Shown piece by piece: positions 52,592 through 61,169 of a DNA stretch of 63,744 bases. The position numbers were made by a program, and so were the translations under genes. The notes under the pieces are model-generated. The model ran no database searches, had not been told where the DNA came from, and worked only from the letters and a program-made list of their open reading frames with translations. The stretch's first letter is position 1. Every line of letters begins with the position of its first letter. Origin of the DNA: Patescibacteria group bacterium (GTDB taxonomy: Bacteria; Patescibacteriota; Minisyncoccia; Phycocordibacterales; UBA2100); assembly GCA_038064535.1 (NCBI GenBank), contig JBBTSX010000001.1, positions 1-63,744 of the forward strand, read 5' to 3'.

Positions 52592-53227
52592 ATGGATAAT
52601 GACCCTGTTTCAGCTTTCCGCGCCAAGCTTCAAGAGGCGCAGTGGGACGGGTCTATGGCCTGCCCTATTGCCGTGCCGTTGCCGAAAAAGCGCAGACTGC
52701 ATGAAGTTCCAATCGAACTGCGGGCCAAACTTGTCTGTATTGCGGATGAGCGCAGACGATTGAACGCCCGCGTAAACACGGATTCTCCGCTATACGGAAA
52801 GCTTCCGGATGATGAACGCAGGGCATTGAACCTGCGTTGCGTCGCGCCGGAAGAACACTACCGGCTTTCGTCTGCGGTTGAAGTTGAGTTCGAGAACATC
52901 GTGCGTACCTTGCGACAATGCGCACATGCGAGCGAAAACGCCATCATCGAAATTCACGAAGGGTGGAAATTCAGTGCTACCACGCACTGGCACTTGGCTC
53001 GCGCGTATCAGGCATCGCAAAGAAAGAAGCCGAGAGTCGCCAGCGTGGAACATGCCGGTAAGCCTTCGGGCCCGAACAACGACTGTTACCACCCGTCTTC
53101 GACGAACGAAGTCTGTCACTTGCTTGCGTACTACCAATCTCGGGCTCTCGGGCAAGTTACGCTCGAATCGTACCTTGCGCGCGAACGGAAAGTGCACAAG
53201 AAACCGGTCGAATTAGCGGCATCCTGA
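52592..53227 (+). CDS. hypothetical protein (paralog A)
   Basis: 211-aa ORF; shares CP..(4)P(K/R)(K/R)..VP.ELR and ..E(I/F)H..W.F blocks with the next ORF. Confidence 0.5.
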   Translation: MDNDPVSAFRAKLQEAQWDGSMACPIAVPLPKKRRLHEVPIELRAKLVCIADERRRLNARVNTDSPLYGKLPDDERRALNLRCVAPEEHYRLSSAVEVEFENIVRTLRQCAHASENAIIEIHEGWKFSATTHWHLARAYQASQRKKPRVASVEHAGKPSGPNNDCYHPSSTNEVCHLLAYYQSRALGQVTLESYLARERKVHKKPVELAAS

Positions 53228-53238
53228 AAGGATAGACG

Positions 53239-53562
53239 ATGGGGCGCAAACGGAACTTAGCGCTGCGGATATCGCAAGCTCTCAACGGCAGTGCTCCGCG
53301 TCAGTGTCCCGTCACAACGGGGCCGCGGCGCGGAACAAAAGTGCTCACCGTTCCGAAGGAATTGCGAGGACTCGTCGCGCTTCACCACCAGCTGGTGCGC
53401 GAAGAATTCGAGACGCACTGGCGAAAGCGCTCGTACGACCAAACCGAGGCCGTGCAGGCAGTAGAGCTTCTCCTTCGGGATGCCCTAAAGCGCGGCGGGC
53501 ATTGTCCGAAAAGCACGACATCCGTCGAATTTCACTGCGATTGGGTATTCAACGCGTGGTGA
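53239..53562 (+). CDS. hypothetical protein (paralog B)
   Basis: 107-aa ORF 11 nt downstream of paralog A; terminator follows. Confidence 0.5.
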   Translation: MGRKRNLALRISQALNGSAPRQCPVTTGPRRGTKVLTVPKELRGLVALHHQLVREEFETHWRKRSYDQTEAVQAVELLLRDALKRGGHCPKSTTSVEFHCDWVFNAW

Positions 53563-53589
53563 CCCGACAAGCACACGAACGAATCGAAG

Positions 53590-53621
53590 AAACGGCGCGT
53601 CCTACGCGCCGTTTGATTTTT
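53590..53621. terminator. bidirectional intrinsic terminator
   Basis: AAACGGCGCG-tccta-CGCGCCGTTT followed by GATTTTT. Confidence 0.75.
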
Positions 53622-53625
53622 ATGA

Positions 53626-54084
53626 TTATTTGACCGTTATCGGAATGCTTACGGAATCGTCGTTTTGCGGCAAGCCCGACGGGTTGTCGCGCATTAAAAT
53701 GAGCGTTGCCGGACCGGAGTAGTCCGCCACCGTGATATCGGCCTTGAACGGCACCTGCGCAGTCGTCATCCAGTCCGATTGAGCCTGCGCGATACCCTGC
53801 CCGACTTTGTTGTTGCCCGCGTCACGAACCTCAATCGGGAACGATGCTTCGAAGTACCAATTGCCCGGCGCCTCCCCCGCCACCGTAAACGTTTTCCCGA
53901 CGGTCGCACCAGATACCGGGACCGTCACTACGACCAGCTCACGAAGCGGTCGTGTGCCGATCGGCGTCGATGTTGCGATTACTGGCGCTTGCGCCGGAGC
54001 CGGTATCAATATCAGCGCAAGAAGAAGCACAGCGATAACGGCAAGAAGAAGGGCGATTATTGTCCACCAGATGCGTGCGTTCAT
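53626..54084 (-). CDS. Gmad2 immunoglobulin-like domain protein, N-terminally anchored
   Basis: ATG 54084 MNARIWWTIIALLLAV...; FTVAGEAPGNWYFEASFPIEVRDAGNNKVG...ATLILMRDNPSG. Confidence 0.7.
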   Translation of the reverse strand: MNARIWWTIIALLLAVIAVLLLALILIPAPAQAPVIATSTPIGTRPLRELVVVTVPVSGATVGKTFTVAGEAPGNWYFEASFPIEVRDAGNNKVGQGIAQAQSDWMTTAQVPFKADITVADYSGPATLILMRDNPSGLPQNDDSVSIPITVK

Positions 54085-54163
54085 ATAAAGGATGACGCTC
54101 TGATGATACACCTTATTACGGACGACATAGAGCGAGCGAAACGACACTTAGCTTCGAGATAGA

Positions 54164-54201
54164 GTACATTATAACAGGCCGGTCGGCTCGTTATAATGTA
54201 C
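54164..54201. repeat. family C 38-bp palindrome GTACATTATAACAGGCCG|GT|CGGCTCGTTATAATGTAC (divergent intergenic region)
   Basis: Perfect palindrome; contains TATAAT reading outward on both strands. Confidence 0.88.
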
Positions 54202-54360
54202 TGCTCCGAGGAGTCCGAAAACCGGCAACCGGTTTACAGGTGCGCAACAGCACCCCTTCTGGTAGTATTGCCGGAACTTGTATGGCGGCTAGCGAAAAGC
54301 GGAATGAGGACAAAGTTCTCATTTCCTTTGAGCGAAGACGACATATGGGCGATAGCGAAT

Positions 54361-55350
54361 ATGGCGGCTAAAAAACGTAAGAATATCGTGGTTATAGGGG
54401 GTGGCACGGGTACCTTTACCGTGCTTTCGGGTCTCAAGAAGTACCCTCACAATCTGACGGCCATCGTCACCATGTCCGACGACGGCGGCTCCACGGGGAC
54501 GCTCCGTGACGAGCTGGGGGTGCTTCCACCGGGTGATGTGCGGCAATGTCTCGTAGCCCTCTCTTCTTCGGACAAGCTCATGCGCACGTTGATGAATTAC
54601 CGTTTCGACAACGGCAAACTCAAAGGTCATAGCTTCGGCAATCTACTTCTTTCGGCGCTTGAAAAAATTACCGGCAGTTTCGATGAGGCCGTGGAAAAAG
54701 CGAGCGAGGTACTGCGCATCCGCGGACGCGTCGTGCCCGCGACACTCGACAAAGTGCGTCTCATGGCACAAGTAGGAAAACGGGTAATTCGCGGTGAAGA
54801 AAAAATCCAGAACTCCCATCTCAACGGCTCCCTCAATAAGCTGTGGCTCGAACCCGTCGCACGCGCAAATCCGAAGGCACTGTCCGCAATACGCGAAGCC
54901 GACTGCATTATCATCGGCCCCGGCAACCTCTACGCGAGTCTCATTCCCAATCTTCTGGTACGCGGCATTCCGGAGGCCATCAGAAAGAGCAAGGCAAAGA
55001 AGATATTCATCTGTAATCTCATGACCAAAATGGAGCACACGCACGGCTGGAGCGTTGCCGATTATGTGCAGACCGTCGAAACGTATCTCGGAGCTCCGCT
55101 ACATGTCGTCGTCTACAACAACAAACGCCCCGACGCACATATACTCAAGAAATACGCGCGGGCGGGCGACACACTGACGTGCTGGGACACGCTTCCCTCC
55201 GGCCACACGCTCGTCGGCGCCAATCTCATGTCGGGCCGTGCGCACGCCACCAACAAAATCGGCACACCTGCAAAGGAAAGCTCTCTCGTGCGTCACGACC
55301 CCTCGAAGCTCGCCGCTATCGTGCTGCGCATTCTCGACAAGAAAATGTAG
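54361..55350 (+). CDS. yvcK: YvcK / CofD-like (UPF0052) gluconeogenesis factor family protein
   Basis: IVVIGGGTGTFTVLSGLKKYPHNLTAIVTMSDDGGSTGTLRDELGVLPPGD. Confidence 0.85.
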   Translation: MAAKKRKNIVVIGGGTGTFTVLSGLKKYPHNLTAIVTMSDDGGSTGTLRDELGVLPPGDVRQCLVALSSSDKLMRTLMNYRFDNGKLKGHSFGNLLLSALEKITGSFDEAVEKASEVLRIRGRVVPATLDKVRLMAQVGKRVIRGEEKIQNSHLNGSLNKLWLEPVARANPKALSAIREADCIIIGPGNLYASLIPNLLVRGIPEAIRKSKAKKIFICNLMTKMEHTHGWSVADYVQTVETYLGAPLHVVVYNNKRPDAHILKKYARAGDTLTCWDTLPSGHTLVGANLMSGRAHATNKIGTPAKESSLVRHDPSKLAAIVLRILDKKM

Positions 55351-55385
55351 CTTGCGCCGGCCACGGTGCGTGTTATCATCGGCGC

Positions 55386-55565
55386 ACAGCAAAATATCGT
55401 ATCAAGAGTGTGGCAACCCGCCTTCGCCGAGGCTTCGGCAGGGCAAAGGAGTACCGGCTCCAACCACCAGCAGCGTGCTCGAAAGAGTAATGTGCTTCAT
55501 CCGGCCCGAAAGGGAAAGATGCCGCTCTGTCGAAGCAGTCTCCCCAACGGGAGATGTTTTGTTTT
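55386..55565 (+). promoter_or_regulatory. structured metK leader with terminator; candidate SAM-responsive riboswitch (class unresolved)
   Basis: Possible promoter TTGCGC-N16-TATCAT (55352..55379); TCAAGAG, GGCAACC and AGCAGCG..GAAAGAG stretches are reminiscent of SAM-I-clan cores; terminator TCTCCC-caac-GGGAGA plus T-run at 55539..55565. Confidence 0.35.
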
Positions 55566-55611
55566 ATGCATTTACTAAAACCTATAACCTAGTCCCTAGA
55601 ACCTAATTCAT

Positions 55612-56691
55612 ATGTTCCACTTACTCGAAAGGTATACGGTAGAAAGCGTCACGTGCGGTCACCCCGACAAAACGTGCGACCAAATATCGGACGCGATACT
55701 CGACGCCCTGCTTGCGCAGGACCCCTTCAGTCGCGCAGGTGTTGAGGTTTTCGGTAGCCACGGCACACTCATGATAGGCGGCGAAGTGAAGACGAAGGCA
55801 AAAGTTGATTTCGAGAAAATCGCGCGCAAGGTGTACAAGGAAATCGGTTACAACGACAAACTCGAGGTATTCGTGCGCGTTGCTCAGCAATCCCCCGACA
55901 TCGCGATGGGAGTGGACACCGGAGGTGCCGGCGACCAGGGCATCATGTACGGCTACGCGACCAACGAAACGAAAGAGATGCTCCCGCTCGGTGTGGTACT
56001 CGCGCACGCACTCGCACGCCGTCTCGAAAAACTGCGACGGGACGGGACACTGAAATGGCTGAAGCCCGACGGCAAGACGCAGGTGACTATTTCAAAAGGC
56101 AAAGTCATTACGGCACTCTGTTCGACACAACACGATAAAAAAGTCTCGCAGGAGGAAATACGGAAACAGCTCATCAAACATCTCTTCACGCCTGTGCTCG
56201 GCTCGCTGAAACATATCGAGATACTCGTCAATCCGACGGGGCGCTTTGTGCAGGGCGGCTTTGAAGCAGATGCGGGATTGACCGGTCGCAAAATACAGGT
56301 CGACACGTATGGCGGCCTCATGCCGCACGGCGGCGGATGTTTCTCCGGCAAAGAACCGATGAAAGTCGACCGAAGTGCCGCATACATGTGTCGCTTTGTC
56401 GCCAAGAATCTGGTCGCGAACGGATATGCCAAGAAGGCGCTCGTCTCGGTCGCCTACGCGATTGGCCGCGCCGAACCGGTGATGATAGAAGCGTTCGATG
56501 AGAAAGGAAAAAACCTGACCCATATCGTGACAAAGAACTTTGACTTCCGCCCGCAGGCAATCATCGAACGCCTTGACTTGCGCCGGCCCATCTACCAAGA
56601 AACCGCCACCTACGGACACTTCGGCCCGCCTGCGCGCGGCGCGCGGGCAGGTGTCGCCGGCCGCCCGTGGGAGAAGATAATAAAAATATAA
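55612..56691 (+). CDS. metK: S-adenosylmethionine synthase
   Basis: TVESVTCGHPDKTCDQISDAILD...GAGDQGIMYGYA...DTYGG...YGHFG; carries a 12-aa GC-palindrome-encoded insertion before the conserved PWEK. Confidence 0.93.
   Translation: MFHLLERYTVESVTCGHPDKTCDQISDAILDALLAQDPFSRAGVEVFGSHGTLMIGGEVKTKAKVDFEKIARKVYKEIGYNDKLEVFVRVAQQSPDIAMGVDTGGAGDQGIMYGYATNETKEMLPLGVVLAHALARRLEKLRRDGTLKWLKPDGKTQVTISKGKVITALCSTQHDKKVSQEEIRKQLIKHLFTPVLGSLKHIEILVNPTGRFVQGGFEADAGLTGRKIQVDTYGGLMPHGGGCFSGKEPMKVDRSAAYMCRFVAKNLVANGYAKKALVSVAYAIGRAEPVMIEAFDEKGKNLTHIVTKNFDFRPQAIIERLDLRRPIYQETATYGHFGPPARGARAGVAGRPWEKIIKI
56626..56661. repeat. GC-rich imperfect palindrome embedded in the metK 3' region (family D-like)
   Basis: CCGCCTGCGCGCGGCGCGCGGGCAGG encodes PPARGARAGVAG between YGHFG and RPWEK. 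Confidence 0.6.
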
Positions 56692-56728
56692 TGTACCGGG
56701 CAACCGCCTGTTGCCGTATAAAGGAAGG

Positions 56729-56760
56729 CCGCGCGGCAATGTGCCGCGCGGTTGTGTTTG
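56729..56760. terminator. intrinsic terminator between convergent metK and CDS 56764..58023
   Basis: CCGCGCGGCA-atg-TGCCGCGCGG followed by TTGTGTTTG. Confidence 0.65.
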
Positions 56761-56763
56761 TGC

Positions 56764-58023
56764 TCAATAGGACCAAGGTTGGCGTGCAGGCTCCGGGACC
56801 ATCCCGATAAGCGGCCGGAACGAGCCCCAGACCTCCTTTTCCAACACCGGCTCAAGACCTTTCCAGAACGTGTCTGCGTACTCGCAATTGATGACGGCGG
56901 TACCGGGATTATCCCGGAGGTACATCGCCTCTGCGATATAGAACACGTTGTTGGCGATGGTCCGTCGTAAACCGCGCACCGGGTCTATCTTGTGGAGACT
57001 TTGGTATGAAGGTCTCGTCTCTACCCGCTCCATGTAGATCTCTTCGGCTACCGATTGGTATTTGAGCGCGAGCGTGTGCGCATGCCCGATGTAGTTGCCG
57101 ATGTAGCCGGTCCACGTCGTCTCTTTGACGTCGGTTCCCGACTCGGCGCACAGCGGTTCCACGATTTCTCGCACCAATCCGTCTCCGGAGCGATCGAGTG
57201 CACGTGCGACCTCGGCATCGCTTCGGGCGTGAGAGTGCTCCGCACCAAAGAGCCGCGGCATGTGTCCGATCGTCGTACCGAGGTGCGCGCCCACCTCGCC
57301 CAGTCCCATGAACATGAACGGATGGAAGTGGTCTCTCAATACCTCGCATACAAGGTCACCGCGAGGAACGATGAAGCGGATGTCCATCACGCCCGATTCC
57401 TGTAAGACAGGCGCGAGCGTATCGAGAACCATCCGTTTCTTTTCCTTCGGCAGCGCGTCGACCACATCGGTGTGCGGTTTGTTGAAAAGTGCGCAGCCGG
57501 TGACGACGAGTTGCGTAACCTGCGCGACGCCTTGCGACTGAAAGATCGGGGCGACGCGATGCAGGAGCCGCTCCACTGCGGGCGTCCCGTTCAGCACGCC
57601 CTCCGCTTTCGCGTGCCACGATGCGAAGCTTTCGTGCGGTTTCCCGTCGCGCCAATCCGGATTCCACGGCGCTTCAGGCCGCTTCATCCACGACCCCCAC
57701 TTTTCGTAGCGTGTTGCCATCTCGAGCAGTGCAACTTCAAGACCGCGTGGATTCACCCGTGCGTTGGGCGCGCTTACCGCGACAAGAAACGGATTCGGTT
57801 TACACCATTCAGGAGCAACGATACCTTCTTCTTCCATCCGGTTACCCGATAGTCGTAGGAACCGGTTGCGGACATCCCCTTCGAAACCGAAGATGCAGAT
57901 GGCCGTGGGCGGTGCGCTCTGCCCGTTTTGCAGCAGCATGGTTTTCTCGCCGCACCCGCTCAACCGCCGTAGTGCAAGGCACCCGACCGCATCCCCGGCA
58001 TGTGCAACAAACAACGTCTTCAT
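56764..58023 (-). CDS. hypothetical protein (419 aa), no family recognised
   Basis: Long ORF with ordinary amino-acid composition, ACGGAGG-N5-ATG ribosome-binding site, own leader and terminator. Confidence 0.6.
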   Translation of the reverse strand: MKTLFVAHAGDAVGCLALRRLSGCGEKTMLLQNGQSAPPTAICIFGFEGDVRNRFLRLSGNRMEEEGIVAPEWCKPNPFLVAVSAPNARVNPRGLEVALLEMATRYEKWGSWMKRPEAPWNPDWRDGKPHESFASWHAKAEGVLNGTPAVERLLHRVAPIFQSQGVAQVTQLVVTGCALFNKPHTDVVDALPKEKKRMVLDTLAPVLQESGVMDIRFIVPRGDLVCEVLRDHFHPFMFMGLGEVGAHLGTTIGHMPRLFGAEHSHARSDAEVARALDRSGDGLVREIVEPLCAESGTDVKETTWTGYIGNYIGHAHTLALKYQSVAEEIYMERVETRPSYQSLHKIDPVRGLRRTIANNVFYIAEAMYLRDNPGTAVINCEYADTFWKGLEPVLEKEVWGSFRPLIGMVPEPARQPWSY

Positions 58024-58116
58024 TATGGCCTCCGTGTGAATGTGCTCGGTGCCTCACGGGCACCATGCTGGCGGTTTCTAGACCCCACCAGCATGACGAC
58101 CGCAGTGACCCGCCCA

Positions 58117-58147
58117 ACGAAAAACCCCGCTCCTCTCGGAGGCGGGG
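58117..58147 (-). terminator. intrinsic terminator after glmS
   Basis: Minus strand CCCCGCCTC-cgaga-GGAGCGGGG followed by TTTTTCGTT. Confidence 0.7.
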
Positions 58148-58282
58148 CCTTAATGTCGTGTCGGGTCTTTCTCTACGCGAGCATGGCAACAGCCGCCTCC
58201 AGGGAGGTTTCCGGACGCTTCATCATATGACGGCGCTGTGCCATATTTCGAATGTATCACAGGCCCGAAACCGCGCAAGTGA

Positions 58283-60103
58283 CTATTCCACTGTCACTGA
58301 TTTGGCAAGATTGCGCGGGCGGTCGGGATTGTAGCCTTTGCCGAGCGCGAAGTAGTACGCGAAGAGTTGCAAGGGCACGATGTTGAGGATGGGCTGGAGT
58401 ATTTCAATCGTTTTTGGCACGTACACGACATCGTCGGCCAGTTTCGATATTTCCTTATCTCCTTCCGTTGCAATGGCGATAACGGGCCCCTTGCGCGCTT
58501 TTATCTCCTGAATGTTCGAAAGCATCTTCTCGTAGACCCGGTCGTTCGGCACGAGTGCCATCGTCGGGAAGTTTGTGTCTATCATCGCGATAGGGCCGTG
58601 TTTCATCTCTCCGGCACCGCATCCTTCGGCGTGGATATACGAGAGTTCCTTGAGCTTGAGTGCGCCTTCGTATGCGATGGGCGCGTTGTACGTACGACCG
58701 ATGTACAGGAAGTCCCGTGCGCTCGAGTATTTTTTCGCCAGAGTCCTTAGTTTCTCGCGTTTTGCGAGAATGCTCTCGATTTTTTGCGGGAGCACCTTCA
58801 GCTCTTCGGCGATTTTCTTCCCGTCCGCTTCTGTCATACCGCGCTGCCTGCCAAGGAAAATGGTGAGGAGTGCGAGCGCGGTAAGCTGTGAGATAAACGC
58901 CTTGGTGGACGCGACGCCGATTTCGGGACCCGCGTGATTGTAGACGCCCGCATCAGTCGCCCGCGCGATGGTCGAACCGACGGTATTGACGATACCGAGC
59001 GTCAGCGCACCTTTGCGCTTCCCTTCCCGTATCGCTTCAAGCGTGTCGGCGGTCTCGCCGCTTTGCGATATGGCGAGAAGAATGGTCTTTTGATTCAAGA
59101 CCGGCCGGCGATAGCGGAATTCCGACCCGAGTTCCACTTCGACGGGCATGCCCGCGAACTCTTCGAGCATGTACTCGCCGACGAGCCCCGCGTAATACGC
59201 CGTGCCGCACCCGACGATAATAATGCGCTCCATTTTCTGCAGCTGCTCTTTGACGCTCTCGAGCCCGCCGAGCTTCACGAGACCCTGCTCCGGAATAAGG
59301 CGGCCGCGCATCGTGTTCACGATGACCTCGGGACCTTCCATGATTTCTTTGAGCATAAAGTGGTCGTAGCCGTCGCGCTGCGCGGCCTCGGCATTCCAGT
59401 CGACCTGTTCCGCCGCACGGGAGACGGGCTCGCCCCCTATCTTCGTGATGGTATGACCTTCTGGGGTGATGACCGCGACTTCGCCGTCCTCAAGAAAAAC
59501 GATTTGCCGCGTGTGACGGAGAATGGGAGATGCGTCGGATGCGATGAAGTTTTCGTGCTCCCCGAGTCCGAGCACCACCGGTGCCCCCATTCGCGCACCG
59601 ATTATGCGGGCCGGGTCCTGCTTGTATTGTATGGCTATGCCGTATGTGCCCTTCACTTCCCTCAGTGCCGCAACCGCCGCTTTTTCAAAATCCTTCTCGG
59701 TCTTCAGGTGCTCCTCGATGAGGTGCGTAAGCACTTCCGTGTCGGTGGACGAAACGAACGTGTGCCCCGCCGCCTCCAGTTTTTTCCTCAGCTCCTTGTG
59801 GTTTTCGACGATGCCGTTGTGCACGACCCACACATTTCCCGTGCAGTCCTTGTGCGGATGGGCGTTGTCTTCCGTCGGTTCTCCATGAGTCGCCCAGCGC
59901 AGGTGTGCGATACCGCTCGTGCCGAAAAAACCCGCCGGCATCTTGCGCCGCAGATGTGATACCGCGCCGACCGATTTCACACTCCCCGATTGCGGCGTGT
60001 ATATGCCGGCGGAGTCATAGCCGCGGTACTCAAGCGACGCGAGTCCGTCGAGCAATATTTCGCCCGCATTCCTCTCTCCCGTATACGCAAAAATGCCGCA
60101 CAT
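58283..60103 (-). CDS. glmS: glutamine--fructose-6-phosphate aminotransferase
   Basis: MCGIFAYTG N-terminal Cys nucleophile, two SIS domains, C-terminal NLAKSVTVE. Confidence 0.96.
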   Translation of the reverse strand: MCGIFAYTGERNAGEILLDGLASLEYRGYDSAGIYTPQSGSVKSVGAVSHLRRKMPAGFFGTSGIAHLRWATHGEPTEDNAHPHKDCTGNVWVVHNGIVENHKELRKKLEAAGHTFVSSTDTEVLTHLIEEHLKTEKDFEKAAVAALREVKGTYGIAIQYKQDPARIIGARMGAPVVLGLGEHENFIASDASPILRHTRQIVFLEDGEVAVITPEGHTITKIGGEPVSRAAEQVDWNAEAAQRDGYDHFMLKEIMEGPEVIVNTMRGRLIPEQGLVKLGGLESVKEQLQKMERIIIVGCGTAYYAGLVGEYMLEEFAGMPVEVELGSEFRYRRPVLNQKTILLAISQSGETADTLEAIREGKRKGALTLGIVNTVGSTIARATDAGVYNHAGPEIGVASTKAFISQLTALALLTIFLGRQRGMTEADGKKIAEELKVLPQKIESILAKREKLRTLAKKYSSARDFLYIGRTYNAPIAYEGALKLKELSYIHAEGCGAGEMKHGPIAMIDTNFPTMALVPNDRVYEKMLSNIQEIKARKGPVIAIATEGDKEISKLADDVVYVPKTIEILQPILNIVPLQLFAYYFALGKGYNPDRPRNLAKSVTVE

Positions 60104-60155
60104 TTTTGCACTCTACCACGTTCGTTTCAAGCTTACCCGTCAGAGCGCCGCTCGT

Positions 60156-61169
60156 TTATCCGAAAACAATATCCGCGATATCGCGGCGAAATATATTTAT
60201 GGCGCAATCCGGCGAGATGGCGTCGGGCGGACGCTGCGGATATGTGCGGTTCGAGAGAATGACAAGCCCGATACCGCGTGCGATGTCGACGACGACACTG
60301 GTACCCGTGAAGCCTGTTTTGCCGAACGTGTGTGCACCCGCGTGAGTGCCCATGAAATACGGTTCGTGCAGTTGCCAGCCGAGCCCCGCTTCGGCCCCTC
60401 GCACGATGTACGGATAATCGCCCCTGAGAAGTGTCTCAAGAAAATCCAGAATATCGGGTGCTGTCGAGAAAAGTCCTGCGTGGCCGACGGCGCGCCCTGC
60501 TTTCGCAAATACATATGCACTTTCGTCGTGCGGAAATCCGCGCACTTCGCCGCGCCCGTCTATTTCCGTCGGTGCACAGTTACCCGCATCCGGGAAAAAT
60601 GTCGTATGGGCCATCTTCAGCGGCCCGAAGAAGTATTGCTGCGCAAAGACGTCGAGCGTATCTCCGCCGACGCGCTCGGCAACAATACCGAGTAGAAGCG
60701 CAGGGAGATTTGTATATTCGGATTTTCCCGAAGGCGCGGAAAATCCCTCCAAAAAAACATGTTCAAGAATTCCTTGCTGTGTTTTGTCTTTGAGCTCCGA
60801 GAGACGCACTCCATGGACACGGTATAGAAGTAAATCTTCTATCGTCGCATCGCGGTCATTCTGAAGTTCCGGCAAATAGGTGCGCACCTTGCCCGTGAGA
60901 CGCAATCTCCCCTCCTCGATGAACAGCGAGATGAGTGATGCGGTCGGAATGGACTTTGTTATCGAGGCGATGTCATAGACGGTTGTCTCACGAACAGGTT
61001 CCGCAGTATGATATATCATACTGTCATCCAACTTTTCGGTTTGATATATCAAACTACCGAACGGAAGAACCTCTCGCTTCCCGTTTTTCTCGACAATACC
61101 AATGACACACCCGGGAAATACTTTTTCCACTATCGCTTTCTGCGCCCGCCGTGCGATTTTTTCACGCAT
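60156..61169 (-). CDS. serine hydrolase, beta-lactamase (class C / PBP4*-like) family
   Basis: SxxK motif DIASITKSIPT; ATG 61169 overlaps the upstream stop by 8 nt. Confidence 0.78.
   Translation of the reverse strand: MREKIARRAQKAIVEKVFPGCVIGIVEKNGKREVLPFGSLIYQTEKLDDSMIYHTAEPVRETTVYDIASITKSIPTASLISLFIEEGRLRLTGKVRTYLPELQNDRDATIEDLLLYRVHGVRLSELKDKTQQGILEHVFLEGFSAPSGKSEYTNLPALLLGIVAERVGGDTLDVFAQQYFFGPLKMAHTTFFPDAGNCAPTEIDGRGEVRGFPHDESAYVFAKAGRAVGHAGLFSTAPDILDFLETLLRGDYPYIVRGAEAGLGWQLHEPYFMGTHAGAHTFGKTGFTGTSVVVDIARGIGLVILSNRTYPQRPPDAISPDCAINIFRRDIADIVFG

Noticed and set aside
60104-60155. glmS ribozyme upstream of glmS
   Set aside because: Only 52 nt separate the glmS start from the upstream gene stop. 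That is too short for the ~170-nt ribozyme, and none of its conserved core is visible.
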